Source: Pseudomonadota bacterium (GTDB taxonomy: Bacteria; Desulfobacterota; Anaeroferrophillalia; Anaeroferrophillales; Tharpellaceae). Taken from it: a stretch of 43,955 nt of DNA. A program made the position numbers and the translations under genes. Shown piece after piece: positions 27,043 to 36,750 of the stretch (position 1 is the stretch's first letter; every line of letters starts with the position of its first letter). The notes beneath the pieces were generated by a model. The model had not been told where the DNA came from and searched no databases. It saw nothing but the letters and a program-made list of their open reading frames with translations. The stretch spans positions 1 to 43,955 of the forward strand of contig WFRP01000313.1 in assembly GCA_015486505.1 (NCBI GenBank), written 5' to 3'.

Positions 27043-27367
27043 TTGGGCCTATATGCGCAAAGGTTGAAGCTCCTGCAAAAAAGCCCAGGAGTTTCTGGAC
27101 AACCGGGAAGTTACAATCAGAGAAACCACTGATGCCCGCAAGGAACGTATCGACCACGATCAGGCCTGGGAAATTTTATCCCCGGCCAATGAAATCACCA
27201 TCGCCAAAGGTAAAAAACAGCTCAAATTCACGCCCGAACCGGCGCGGCGGGAGGAAATTCTCAAAGCCGCCATCGGCCCCAGCGGCAACCTGCGGGCCCC
27301 AACCTTAAAGATCGGTCCCCAAATCCTCATCGGCTTCAATCCGGATCTTTATCAAGCCGTATTCTAG
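27032..27367 (+). CDS. ArsC/Spx/YffB-family thioredoxin-fold protein with in-frame TGA (predicted selenocysteine, UxxC redox motif), 111 aa
   Basis: The ATG at 27032 (AAGGAG 8 nt upstream) overlaps the parC end. The frame reads [11 protein letters not shown]-[TGA 27065-27067][15 protein letters not shown]…[27 protein letters not shown] and stays open to the TAG at 27365. The TGA sits where the family has its N-terminal catalytic Cys (compare E. coli YffB …NCDTCKKARRWLE). A hairpin lies directly downstream. The ORF track misses it because there is no Met after the TGA. Confidence 0.75.
27068..27100 (+). promoter_or_regulatory. Candidate bacterial SECIS-like stem-loop downstream of the in-frame UGA
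   Basis: AGCUCCUG-(10 nt)-CAGGAGUU forms an 8-bp stem including one G.U (27068-27093). An alternative is CCAG-GAGUUU-CUGG (27085-27098), whose loop begins 21 nt after the UGA. Confidence 0.5.
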
Positions 27368-27369
27368 GG

Positions 27370-28914
27370 ATGGACGAGGCAAGTTTAGAGATTATGGTTG
27401 CCGCGTTGGCCGGGCCGCTGCCGGGAACCTTTATCACCAAAATCCACCAGATGACGCCGTATCATCTGCTGTTGCGCCTGCGCGGCGGCGGCCGGAGCGG
27501 GCAGTTGCGCCTGCTGATTGCCATTGCCCCGCGGGAGCCCGGCCTGCATCTGACTTCCCGGCGTTATCTTAACCCGCCGCGGCCGTTACGCTTCTGCGCC
27601 TATCTTCGGCACCATCTGCAGGGCGCAAGGATCAGCGCGATTGAGAAAATCACCGGCGACCGCATTGTCATAATCCGGGCCGCCCGCCGCCACGAGGAAG
27701 AACAGCAACTGGTAATCGAGTTGCTCGGCAAACGCGGCAACGCCCTTTTGTGCCAGGGCGCGGAAATGCGGATCGGGGCTCTGATGCATGATAAAAATCA
27801 GGCTGAACGGCTTAAACCGGGGACAATCTATCAACCGCCACCGGCCCGGCCTGCGGAACCCGGCGCCCCGGTTTCCGCGAAAATTTTATTGGAAACTATC
27901 GGCATCAATGATTGTCACACTGTTTCCGCACAAGATTTGCAAACCGCTTACGATGACTGGTTTTTCCCTCTTTATCAGGCGCATTACGGTAATATTGAAA
28001 CCCGGCACGCGATTAAATCTCTGCAGCAGTATCAGCGCCGTCTGCGAAAAAGGGTAAAGAAACTGCGTCAGGAACAGAGCGAAAAACTTAAGCATCTTGA
28101 TGACAACCGGATCGGCGATCTCTTGAAAGGCGAAATCCACAAAATCAAGCGCGGCGCCGCGAAGGCCACGGTTATCGATTACTATTCCCCCAATCTCGAT
28201 AAAATTGAAATAAGCTTGAATCCGGCTTTAAGCCCCGTGAAAAATCTGGAAAAATTTTACAAAAACGCCAAAAAAGCCAAACGCGGCCTCAAACTTATTG
28301 AAGAGCGCCTTCAAGCCACGGAAGCTGAGGCAGATTACGCGGCGGAGCTTATTTTTCAACTTGAGCAATTAAGTAATGATCCGAGCCGGGCAATCTCCGA
28401 CGAGGAGCAGGAACTGCTGGAACTGACCGCCGAGTTGAGCGGGAAAAAACACCGGGTAACCCCGGCCGGCCCCCAGCGCGGCGGCAGCGGAAAAACCGGG
28501 GAAAAAGCCAAAACCCGAGCCACACCGGGAAAAGAAAAAATCTTAGCGCGCAAACAGCGCGGCGTTGAAAAAATTTCCGGAGTCAGCGGCGGCATTATTT
28601 ATCTCGGCAAAAATGTTATCGGCAATGAAAATATCTACCGCCATCTGGGCGCGCCCGACGATCTCTGGTTCCACGCCCATGAATGCCCCGGCGCCCATGT
28701 TCTCTTAAAAACCGCGCCCGGCGCGAAAGAGTACGAAAAAGAGCAGCTGCAGGCGGCGGCTCTGGCGGCGAAAAATTCAAAATTGCAAAGCGAAAAAGCG
28801 ATCGCGGTCACTATGACCCGGGTAAAATATCTGCATAAACCCAAGGGCGGCCGCCTGGGACAACTTTTATTAAGCGGCCCGACCCGGACAATCATGGTAA
28901 ATAATTATGACTGA
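27370..28914 (+). CDS. NFACT-family protein (RqcH/FbpA-like, N-terminal NFACT plus C-terminal DUF814)
   Basis: Coiled-coil middle region and the C-terminal DUF814-type motif DDLWFHAHECPGAHVLLK. The end overlaps the next gene's start (ATGACTGA). Confidence 0.8.
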   Translation: MDEASLEIMVAALAGPLPGTFITKIHQMTPYHLLLRLRGGGRSGQLRLLIAIAPREPGLHLTSRRYLNPPRPLRFCAYLRHHLQGARISAIEKITGDRIVIIRAARRHEEEQQLVIELLGKRGNALLCQGAEMRIGALMHDKNQAERLKPGTIYQPPPARPAEPGAPVSAKILLETIGINDCHTVSAQDLQTAYDDWFFPLYQAHYGNIETRHAIKSLQQYQRRLRKRVKKLRQEQSEKLKHLDDNRIGDLLKGEIHKIKRGAAKATVIDYYSPNLDKIEISLNPALSPVKNLEKFYKNAKKAKRGLKLIEERLQATEAEADYAAELIFQLEQLSNDPSRAISDEEQELLELTAELSGKKHRVTPAGPQRGGSGKTGEKAKTRATPGKEKILARKQRGVEKISGVSGGIIYLGKNVIGNENIYRHLGAPDDLWFHAHECPGAHVLLKTAPGAKEYEKEQLQAAALAAKNSKLQSEKAIAVTMTRVKYLHKPKGGRLGQLLLSGPTRTIMVNNYD

Positions 28915-30307
28915 GCTGAGCAGCATACTGCGCCGGGAGATGGCGTTAAAACTCTTGAAATCAGGATTTATTCCGGAACAGGTGGTCGCCACTGAGGCGG
29001 CTCTCTCCTGCTACGGTTATGACGCCACCCGGCAGCAGACCGAGCCCCTGCTGGCGCTGCTGCCCGACAATGAAAAACAACTCAAAACCATCCTGAAAAT
29101 TGCCGGGGAGAAAAGTTTAAAGATTTTTCCGCGCGGGGCCGGGAGCGGTATGTCCGGCGGCTCGATCCCGGCGGAGGACGGCATAATCGTCTCCCTGACG
29201 CGGATGAAGCAAATCCTTGAAATCGATGAAGATAATATGATTGCCACGGTTGAGCCCGGGGTTATCACCGGTGAACTGCAGGAGGCGGTCAGCCGCCGCG
29301 GTCTGTTTTACCCGCCCGACCCGGCAAGCCTTGCTTTTTCAACCATCGGCGGTAATGTCACGGAAAATGCCGGCGGACCGCGCGCGGTTAAATACGGAGT
29401 TACCGGTAATTTTGTGATGGGCCTTGAAGCCTATCTCGTCAACGGGGAAAAGATTAAATGCGGCAATAAATGTATCAAATCGGTCTCAGGCTACGATTTG
29501 ACCTCACTTTTAGTCGGCTCCGAAGGCACGCTGGCAATTATCAGCAAAATTCTTTTGAAACTGCTGCCGGCCCCGGAAACGGTTAAAACCTCGCTGCTGG
29601 CTTTCAGCTCAATGACCGCGGCGGCCCAGGCCGTCAACGCGATGTTCAAACAGCAGATTAACCCCTCAACCATTGAGTTTCTCGATCAGCACTCAATTAA
29701 CGCGGTCCGCCCGGCCCTGCCGTTTACATTGCCCAAGGCCGCCGACACCGTCCTTTTGGTTGAAATCGACGGTCCCGAAGCCACTGTCAAAACCCAGGCG
29801 GAAAAATTAAACCGGCTTTTTCAGGATGAAGCCCTGCTTATAATCGATGCTGAAAATGAGACCGAAAGAGAAAAGCTCTGGCAGGCGCGCCGCAAACTCT
29901 CACCGGCAATCGCCAATATCGCGCCGCATAAAATAAATGAGGATATTGCGGTGCCTTTAGCCGCGATTCCGGAAATAATTTCCCGTCTGGAAAGTCTCTC
30001 AAAGGAAATTGATCTGCCGATTGTCTGCTTCGGCCATGCCGGTGACGGCAATATTCATGTCAATGTCATGCTCGACAAAAACGATCCGTCCCAGGCGATT
30101 CGCGGCCATAAAGCGATCGATAGAATCTTTACCTTGACCCTGGAGTTGGGCGGCACCCTCTCCGGTGAACATGGCATCGGCAACACCAAATCAGCCTATT
30201 TCAATAAAGAGTGGACCCCGGCAACCATTGCCACCATGCAGGCCCTGAAAAAGGCTTTCGACCCCGGTAATCGTTTAAATCCCGGGAAAATTTTTCCACT
30301 AAAATAA
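28907..30307 (+). CDS. glcD: FAD-linked oxidase, GlcD / D-lactate dehydrogenase family
   Basis: FAD-binding PCMH motif PRGAGSGMSGGS and the C-terminal GTLSGEHGIG. It is followed by an Fe-S (GlcF-type) subunit. Confidence 0.85.
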   Translation: MTELSSILRREMALKLLKSGFIPEQVVATEAALSCYGYDATRQQTEPLLALLPDNEKQLKTILKIAGEKSLKIFPRGAGSGMSGGSIPAEDGIIVSLTRMKQILEIDEDNMIATVEPGVITGELQEAVSRRGLFYPPDPASLAFSTIGGNVTENAGGPRAVKYGVTGNFVMGLEAYLVNGEKIKCGNKCIKSVSGYDLTSLLVGSEGTLAIISKILLKLLPAPETVKTSLLAFSSMTAAAQAVNAMFKQQINPSTIEFLDQHSINAVRPALPFTLPKAADTVLLVEIDGPEATVKTQAEKLNRLFQDEALLIIDAENETEREKLWQARRKLSPAIANIAPHKINEDIAVPLAAIPEIISRLESLSKEIDLPIVCFGHAGDGNIHVNVMLDKNDPSQAIRGHKAIDRIFTLTLELGGTLSGEHGIGNTKSAYFNKEWTPATIATMQALKKAFDPGNRLNPGKIFPLK

Positions 30308-30433
30308 AATATTTTGCCTTAAGCTCAACTTCATAACTTAAGATAACACGTTGATTTACAAGCTAATTTTCATTTGATAGCAATAGCATTTTCATAATGC
30401 CTCCATAACTCGGCGAATATATTTCAAAATATC

Positions 30434-30572
30434 TAATGCGGGAACAATCCCCGCAACCTAATCGGGCCTTTTCGGCCCGCACCCAAGGGCACTTCCGTTG
30501 GGCGCAAATAAGTACTCTTATCAGAACATTTTCTTGTTTTTTCAAACCGAAAATAACCTGTAAGGTACTAAC
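30434..30572 (-). repeat. H-M repeat locus F, a single unit (long M, loop L4) between glcD and glcF
   Basis: TAAT-GCGGGAACAATCCCCGC-AACCTAATCGGGCCTTTTCGGCC-CGCACCCAAGGGCACTTCCGTTGGG-CGCAAATAA-H(L4)-TAAC. It ends 16 nt before the glcF ATG. Confidence 0.9.
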
Positions 30573-30588
30573 TCATAAAATTGACATA

Positions 30589-31824
30589 ATGACTCAATCA
30601 GAGCTCGCTCAAGAACTGAAAAAGTGTGTTAAATGCGGCGCCTGCATGGCGGTCTGCCCGATCTACCGCCAGACCGGGCGGGAGGAGATGGTCGCCCGGG
30701 GCAAACTTAATCTGATTGAAATAATCAGCCGCAATCAGGAACTGCCGGACGCCTGGATTGAAGCGGTGGATAACTGTCTGCTCTGCTGTTCCTGTGAAGA
30801 AAACTGCTCCAAAGGGGTTAAGATTACCGAAATTATCGCGGCGGCCCGCATCCGGCAGACGGCCGCCCAGGGCTTGAATCCCCTTAAAAAAGGAGCTTTC
30901 GCCCTGCTTAAAAACCGGATTTTATCAATCGCAAGATTTATCAAATTAGGCTCTCTGCTGCAGTGGCTTCTGTGGCGACGCCTGCCCCGGCACAGCGGCC
31001 TGATACGCCGTCTGCCCTTACCCGGAACCGATGAAAAAACGGTGATCCCGATTCTCCCCCGCCGCAACCTCGATGATATTTTAAAAAAACGCAAGCCTGA
31101 CCCCGATTTACCGCCGGTGCTTTTCTTTCCCGGCTGCGCCACCCGCTATCTCCAGCCGCAGATGGGCCTGGATCTTATCTATGTTCTTGAAAAACTCGGC
31201 TTTAACGCTGTCGTCCCAGCCGAATTTAAGTGCTGCGGTATGGTTACCTGGGGAGCTGGTGATGCGGTCAGTAATCTTAAACTTAAAGCATCAAATCTCA
31301 AGGTATTTGCCGCTAACGCCGCCATCAAAACCGTCGTCACCGGCTGCGCTTCCTGCGGCCACGCCCTGAAAGAGTATGATAACCTCCCGCCGGAATCTGA
31401 AATCCTTGATATCAGCGAATTTCTTTTCCGCCACCGGGAAAAACTTGAAAAGCTGCTTAAGGGCCGGCAAAGCCGAAAAAAAATCACCTATCACGACCCC
31501 TGCCACCTGCGTAAAGGCCAGGGCATCACTAAAGAACCGCGCTGGCTGCTTAAATTAATTGCCGGGGAAAACTTTGTCGAAATGAGTCATCCTGAACGCT
31601 GCTGCGGCGCCGGCGGGACTTTCGGCTTGACTCATAAAGAACTCTCCCGTAAAATTCTTAAGGAAAAAACCGACGCCGCCGATGCCACCGGGGCCGAGAT
31701 TGTTACAAGCGGCTGCCCGGGCTGTATTTTACAACTGACTGAAGGCGCCGTCGTCGCCGACAGTAAATGGCTAACTAAACATCCGCTCTCACTGCTTGCC
31801 GGACTCTTACGAAGCCGAAACTGA
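30589..31824 (+). CDS. glcF: (Fe-S)-binding oxidoreductase subunit, GlcF-like (two 4Fe-4S motifs plus two CCG domains)
   Basis: [12 protein letters not shown] and [11 protein letters not shown], with CCG motifs FKCCGM and ERCCGAGG. The start is moved to the ATG at 30589 because the track start at 30436 lies inside the repeat. Confidence 0.85.
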   Translation: MTQSELAQELKKCVKCGACMAVCPIYRQTGREEMVARGKLNLIEIISRNQELPDAWIEAVDNCLLCCSCEENCSKGVKITEIIAAARIRQTAAQGLNPLKKGAFALLKNRILSIARFIKLGSLLQWLLWRRLPRHSGLIRRLPLPGTDEKTVIPILPRRNLDDILKKRKPDPDLPPVLFFPGCATRYLQPQMGLDLIYVLEKLGFNAVVPAEFKCCGMVTWGAGDAVSNLKLKASNLKVFAANAAIKTVVTGCASCGHALKEYDNLPPESEILDISEFLFRHREKLEKLLKGRQSRKKITYHDPCHLRKGQGITKEPRWLLKLIAGENFVEMSHPERCCGAGGTFGLTHKELSRKILKEKTDAADATGAEIVTSGCPGCILQLTEGAVVADSKWLTKHPLSLLAGLLRSRN

Positions 31825-31855
31825 ATTTAATCAAAGCCGAAAAGGTTATTTCACC

Positions 31856-34800
31856 ATGGAAGATAAACAAAAATCAGCTCAGATTGCCGAGATTGAGGCT
31901 CAGATCAAAGATTTGCAGCAGCAGTTGTTCAGGGCTCAACATGGCGGCAGTACCGGCGGCTATCCTGAATTTTTACGGATCGAAAAAGAAAAAGACCGCC
32001 TGATTGAGATCCATGAGATCTCCCCCAACCCGGTCCTTATGTTCGCGGAAAACGGCCGGATCTATTACAGCAATCCCGCCGGACGTCGCTTTCTCGGGAT
32101 TGATGAGAATGAGCCTCTGGCAAAATTATCTTTCTTTCAGCTTTTTCCGCAAGAGGAAAGGGGAAATTTTGTCACTGAAATGATGCCGACGGCAGTTAAA
32201 AGCGGCCAATGGCAGGGGGAAATCAAGGTCCTGACTCCGTTTGCCGAACTTACCTGCCATTTGATTCTGATCGCCCATGCCAAAGACGATAAAGAGGATC
32301 AAGAGGATCAATTTTTTTCCGCGACCCTGCATGACCGCACCGCGATCCGTCGGGCCAACCATGCCATCAAAACTATCGTCGGCAATACTTTTACAGCTTC
32401 CGGCCAGGATTTTTTCGACAAACTCGTAAAGAATCTGCACTCCTGGCTTGATTGCGACACAGTCTGGGTCGGCAAAATCGAGAATCAACAACTTGAGATA
32501 CTCGCCCTGGAAAGCCGCCGGCAGCAGCAATCAAAAACCTTCAGTTACGATTTCGAGCACTGTCCCTTAAGCAAAAGCGACCGGAAAGATCTCTATTACT
32601 GCCCGGAAAACATTCAGAGCCACTTTCCGGGCAATCGGCTTTTTCGGGAACTAAACGGCTCCGGCTATGTCGGCATCGCCATCTACAACTCCGACCGGGA
32701 TTTAATCGGCAATATCTGCGCCCTGAAAACCGACCGCCTGACTCTGCCGACAAAAACCGAAGAGCTGCTGATTATCATGGCCGCCCAGGCTTCGGCGGAA
32801 ATCCGCCATCAGCAAAGTGAAAGCGCGCTGCGCCGGGCCTCGCAGGAAGCCGATGAAATCAACGAACAACTTGAGCTCGCAATTCAGCGAGCCAACAAGA
32901 TGACGCTTGACGCCGAACTGGCGGCGGCGGCAAAAAGTGAATTCCTGGCCAATATGAGCCATGAAATCCGCACCCCGATGAATGCCATTATCGGTTTTTC
33001 TTCGCTGCTGCTTGACAGTAAACTCGACCATGAACAACGGGATTATCTTGATATTATTATTAAAAACGGTGAAGGGCTGCTCCATATCATCAATGATATT
33101 CTCGACTATTCAAAGATTGAAGCCAATAAACTTGAACTCGAAGAGATCCCGTTCCAGGTTCGGGAAACAACCGATGACATCCTCGGCCTCCTGACCTTGA
33201 AAACCGCTGAAAAAGACCTTTTCTTTCACTGTATTGTCGATCACAGAATCCCGCAGTCCCTTCAGGGTGATCCGGTGCGTCTGCGCCAGATTCTCATCAA
33301 CCTTGCCAATAACGCGATTAAATTCACCAAACAAGGCGGCATAATTATCCGGGTCACTGTCGCCGAGGCGGAAAGCGAATATGTAAAACTCCTTTTTCGG
33401 GTTACCGATACCGGCATCGGGATTCCCGAAGATCGCATCAACTGTCTTTTTCAGTCTTTCTCCCAGGTTGATTCCTCAACCACCCGGGAATTCGGCGGCA
33501 CCGGCCTGGGGCTGGCGATCTCAAAACAGCTGGCGGAATTGATGGGGGGTGAAATCGGTATTGAGAGTCAACTGGGTAAAGGTTCAACCTTCTGGTTTAC
33601 GGTGCGGCTGCGCCGGGACCCGGCCGACAGTAACCCCCCGCAGGCGGAAATCTTTAAAAACTACCGTTTTCTCATTTTCACGCCACCGGAAAGAGAAAAC
33701 CCCGAGCCTAAATTGCAGCCCATCGGTGAGGTTGTCAAGGAACATCTGCTGTCGCTTGATTGCCGGCTTGATCAGGCCGACTCCTATCCTGAGCTCAATG
33801 AGCTTTTACTGGCGGCGCATCGGGAAAAGCAGCCTTATACAACCCTGCTCGCCGATCTCTCGGAACTTGCCAAACCCTGCGCCCTGCACAGCAATCTGCC
33901 GGACTTTCTCAAACCCGAATATTTGATTGCCCTGGCCCCGGCCCCGAAATTCGAAACTCCGGACAACTATAACGCCATCATCCCGGCCCCGATTAAAAGA
34001 GCCCTGTTTTACGAGCAAATGGGACGCTGTATGGGGCTGAAACTTGATGACGAACTGAGTGAAAAAGATGTGCAGCCGGGGCAGAAATTTCATGAAAAGC
34101 GGCAGCAGCTTAAAATTCTGCTGGTCGATGATAATCAGGTCAACATTAAAGTCGGCTCAAAAATGCTTGCCAAACTGGGCTTTACCTGTACTACGGCCGG
34201 CAACGGCATTGAAGCGTTGGCGGCCCTCGGCAGCAGTCATTACGATGTGGTTTTTATGGATATTCAGATGCCGGAGATGGACGGTTATGAAACCACCCGG
34301 CAGATTCGCAGCCAGTCCACCACCACAATCAACCCCAAAGTCATTATTATCGCAATGACGGCCCATGCCCTGAAAAGTGACCGTGACCGCTGCATCAATA
34401 TCGGTATGAACGATTTTCTCACCAAACCGGTACGTCTGGAAGAACTTAACGAAGTTTTAAGCCGGGCGATGAATCAGCTGGAAGACCGACTGTCACATAA
34501 TAATTCAAGCGTCCCTGAACTATTTGACGACGATGACAACGCTGATGAAAGCCTGGAGATGGACGATTTCTCAGGCGCTGAGGACGGCAGCGCCGAACAG
34601 GACACCGAACTTTTTAATAAAAAGTCCTTCCTGAGAAAACTCGATGACGATCTGGAACTCTACCGGGAACTGCTGGACGACTTTATTCAGGGCACTGATG
34701 ACTACCTGAAAGATATTGAAGACGGCGTAAAAGCAAACGATTTCGAAAAAATCAGAATTGCCGCCCATTCCATCAAAGGCTCGGCCGGCAGTATCGAAGC

Positions 34801-34957
34801 CGCGCAGATGCAGGCCGCCGCCTACGCCCTGGAAAAAGCCGCCAGGGAACAGGATAAAGCCCTGATCAAGCAAACCCGGGAAGATATGGAAATGGAATTT
34901 GCGATTTTAAGTGAAATCCTCAAAGACGAAATCGCCGATGCCGACAGTGACTTCTGA
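31856..34957 (+). CDS. Hybrid sensor kinase (coiled coil, PAS, GAF, HisKA, HATPase, degenerate receiver-like spacer, REC, Hpt)
   Basis: H-box [29 protein letters not shown] ([10 protein letters not shown]…[10 protein letters not shown]), an acidic linker, and Hpt HSIKGSAGS. The start is uncertain (ATG at 31856 or TTG at 31796). Confidence 0.88.
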   Translation: MEDKQKSAQIAEIEAQIKDLQQQLFRAQHGGSTGGYPEFLRIEKEKDRLIEIHEISPNPVLMFAENGRIYYSNPAGRRFLGIDENEPLAKLSFFQLFPQEERGNFVTEMMPTAVKSGQWQGEIKVLTPFAELTCHLILIAHAKDDKEDQEDQFFSATLHDRTAIRRANHAIKTIVGNTFTASGQDFFDKLVKNLHSWLDCDTVWVGKIENQQLEILALESRRQQQSKTFSYDFEHCPLSKSDRKDLYYCPENIQSHFPGNRLFRELNGSGYVGIAIYNSDRDLIGNICALKTDRLTLPTKTEELLIIMAAQASAEIRHQQSESALRRASQEADEINEQLELAIQRANKMTLDAELAAAAKSEFLANMSHEIRTPMNAIIGFSSLLLDSKLDHEQRDYLDIIIKNGEGLLHIINDILDYSKIEANKLELEEIPFQVRETTDDILGLLTLKTAEKDLFFHCIVDHRIPQSLQGDPVRLRQILINLANNAIKFTKQGGIIIRVTVAEAESEYVKLLFRVTDTGIGIPEDRINCLFQSFSQVDSSTTREFGGTGLGLAISKQLAELMGGEIGIESQLGKGSTFWFTVRLRRDPADSNPPQAEIFKNYRFLIFTPPERENPEPKLQPIGEVVKEHLLSLDCRLDQADSYPELNELLLAAHREKQPYTTLLADLSELAKPCALHSNLPDFLKPEYLIALAPAPKFETPDNYNAIIPAPIKRALFYEQMGRCMGLKLDDELSEKDVQPGQKFHEKRQQLKILLVDDNQVNIKVGSKMLAKLGFTCTTAGNGIEALAALGSSHYDVVFMDIQMPEMDGYETTRQIRSQSTTTINPKVIIIAMTAHALKSDRDRCINIGMNDFLTKPVRLEELNEVLSRAMNQLEDRLSHNNSSVPELFDDDDNADESLEMDDFSGAEDGSAEQDTELFNKKSFLRKLDDDLELYRELLDDFIQGTDDYLKDIEDGVKANDFEKIRIAAHSIKGSAGSIEAAQMQAAAYALEKAAREQDKALIKQTREDMEMEFAILSEILKDEIADADSDF

Positions 34958-34967
34958 AGCAGCGGCG

Positions 34968-35337
34968 ATTAGTACCTTACAGGTTATTTTCTGCACAAAA
35001 AAACAAGATTTAATATCCAGAAAATGTTCTGATAAGAGTACTTATTTGCGGGCCGCAAGGCTTCGTTTGGGTTGCGGGACTTGTTCCCGCATTAGTACCT
35101 TACAGGTTATTTCTTGTTCAAAAAAACAAGAAATGTTCTGATAAGAGTACTTATTTGCGGGCCGAAAAGGCTCGATTGGGTTGCGGGGATTGTTCCCGCA
35201 TTAGTACCTTACAGGTTATTTTCTTGTTTTTTTCGACAGCTTTTTTCAACTGTAAAAACAAGAAAATGTTCTGATAAGAGTACTTATTTGCGGGCCGCAA
35301 GGCCCTGTTTGGGTTGCGGGATCCGTTTCCGCATTAG
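34968..35337 (+). repeat. H-M repeat array G. Three complete units (34968-35090, 35091-35199, 35200-35332) plus a terminal ATTAG. Loops are L1, L5 and L3.
   Basis: Cleanest array in the window. It lies between convergent genes, starting 10 nt after the kinase stop and ending 3 nt before the waaA stop. Confidence 0.93.
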
Positions 35338-35340
35338 ATT

Positions 35341-36750
35341 CTAACGAAAAATCCCTTTTTCAATCAAAGCCTGCAGAGTGCGCTGAACCGCGCCCCGGTT
35401 GCGCTCAACCGTGGCCTGAGCTTTAAGGCCGGCACTTTGGATAAACTCCCGATCATTAAGACAACGACCCAGCAGAAGCGCAAGTTCTCGCCCATCGGCA
35501 ACCGGCAGACCGCCGCCCGCTTCATCAAGAAGTTCGAAACCGTCTTTAAAATTGGCCACATACGGACCATGAATTACGGCTTTGGCAAAGAGAGCCGCTT
35601 CCAGGGGGTTATGGCCGCCGATGCCGGGAACCAGAGTTCCGCCGATAATCGTAAAACCCGCTCGGCGATAAAAATGAATCAGATCGCCTAAGGTATCGAG
35701 CAGTAAAACGGCCGGAACTTTAACCGGCCCTGAAACCAAACTATCTTTAATTTCTGAAAAACGCAGATAATCAATTCCCCGGTCATCCAGCAGTTTCGCG
35801 ACCGCGGCAAAACGCTGCGGATGCCGCGGCGCCAGCACCAGAGACAGCGGTTTATTATTGTTATTATTACTGCCGTTATCAGCAATATTTTCATTCCAGG
35901 CGGAAAGTATCAGCTCTTCTTCACCAGGATGGGTCGACCCGGCGACCACTAATTGAATTTCCGGTCCCAATAATGTCCGAGGGCCGATTTTTAATTTCCG
36001 CTCCGGCGGCGGCAGCAGATCAAATTTAAGATTACCGCTGAAAATAATTTTCTCCACCGGGGTTCCGAGCCCGGCAAACCGGGCCGCCGAAACCCGGTCC
36101 TGCACCACCACAACATCCGGTACCCCGAACATCTTTTTAGTAAAGAAATTAAAAATCTGGTAGTTGACAAAACTTTTCCGCGAGAGCCGGGCGTTGACCA
36201 GGGCCAGCGGCAGCCGCCGGCGCCGGACACAATCAAACAGATTCGGCCAAAGCTCGGTTTCGGCAATAATCAGGGCGGCCGGCTGAAAATAACGAAAGAA
36301 AAGCGCCCAGCAACAGGGCAGATCCAGCGGCATCAGCACCACTTTTGCTTCCGGGAAAGCCTGCCGCGCCGTCTGCCGCCCGGTCAGAGTCATGGTAGTA
36401 AGCAAAAGGGCGGTTTCGGGATACTCCGCCTGCCGGGCCCGCAGCAGCGGGACCAGCATCCGCACTTCCCCCACGGAAGCCCCGTGAAACCAGAGCGAAG
36501 GACAAACTTCAGCCCCCCGCTCGGAATGTGGCACCGCCGGCCGCCGGAAAAACAGCCCCCGGAAACCGAAAAACCAGCCGTAAGTAACCAGCCGTTCACC
36601 CAGCCCTTCGAGATTTCCCTGCCGCCGATACAAATACCATAACAGCAGCGGCCAGAATAAAAAGAGTAGAATACTTAGAATAATATTGTAAACAATAAAC
36701 AAAACAGTTACCAATTTCCTGATATTTAACCGGTAAAACCGAGACGACAA
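35341..36750 (-). CDS. waaA: 3-deoxy-D-manno-octulosonic acid (Kdo) transferase
   Basis: N-terminal TM anchor and the WFHGASVGEV motif characteristic of KdtA/WaaA, with a GT-B fold C-terminus. The only in-frame start upstream of the TM is the TTG at 36750, so the start is uncertain. Confidence 0.85.
   Translation of the reverse strand: MSSRFYRLNIRKLVTVLFIVYNIILSILLFLFWPLLLWYLYRRQGNLEGLGERLVTYGWFFGFRGLFFRRPAVPHSERGAEVCPSLWFHGASVGEVRMLVPLLRARQAEYPETALLLTTMTLTGRQTARQAFPEAKVVLMPLDLPCCWALFFRYFQPAALIIAETELWPNLFDCVRRRRLPLALVNARLSRKSFVNYQIFNFFTKKMFGVPDVVVVQDRVSAARFAGLGTPVEKIIFSGNLKFDLLPPPERKLKIGPRTLLGPEIQLVVAGSTHPGEEELILSAWNENIADNGSNNNNNKPLSLVLAPRHPQRFAAVAKLLDDRGIDYLRFSEIKDSLVSGPVKVPAVLLLDTLGDLIHFYRRAGFTIIGGTLVPGIGGHNPLEAALFAKAVIHGPYVANFKDGFELLDEAGGGLPVADGRELALLLGRCLNDREFIQSAGLKAQATVERNRGAVQRTLQALIEKGIFR

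Noticed and set aside
27039-27308. 89-aa ORF from the track ([20 protein letters not shown]…)
   Set aside because: It is a low-complexity, Pro/Arg/Lys-rich frame with no SD. The alternative frame with an in-frame TGA gives a convincing ArsC/Spx-family protein.
30363-30395. Mini-ORF MKMLLLSNEN on the minus strand with a perfect SD (GGAGGCATTATG), downstream of repeat unit F on its structured strand
   Set aside because: At ten codons in an AT-rich spacer it could easily arise by chance, and there is no evidence of conservation. It would be worth a look only if RNA-seq shows antisense transcription here.
30436-30588. N-terminal extensions proposed by the longest-ORF track: glcF from 30436, dctP from 17540, dctM from 15694, dctQ from 16179, the nikL-like gene from 3037 and the radical SAM gene from 37648
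   Set aside because: The extensions start at TTG/GTG codons, and run into repeat elements or the predicted promoter, or lack an SD. Internal ATGs with SD sequences and native-looking N-termini (signal peptides, family-typical starts) were preferred.
34968-35337. CRISPR array interpretation of the tandem units (a repeated hairpin GCGGGA…TCCCGC with intervening sequence)
   Set aside because: The would-be spacers are themselves conserved between units and loci. Unit periodicity of 110-150 nt is not CRISPR-like. Arrays have only 1-3 units scattered at 9 loci, and there are no cas genes or leader.
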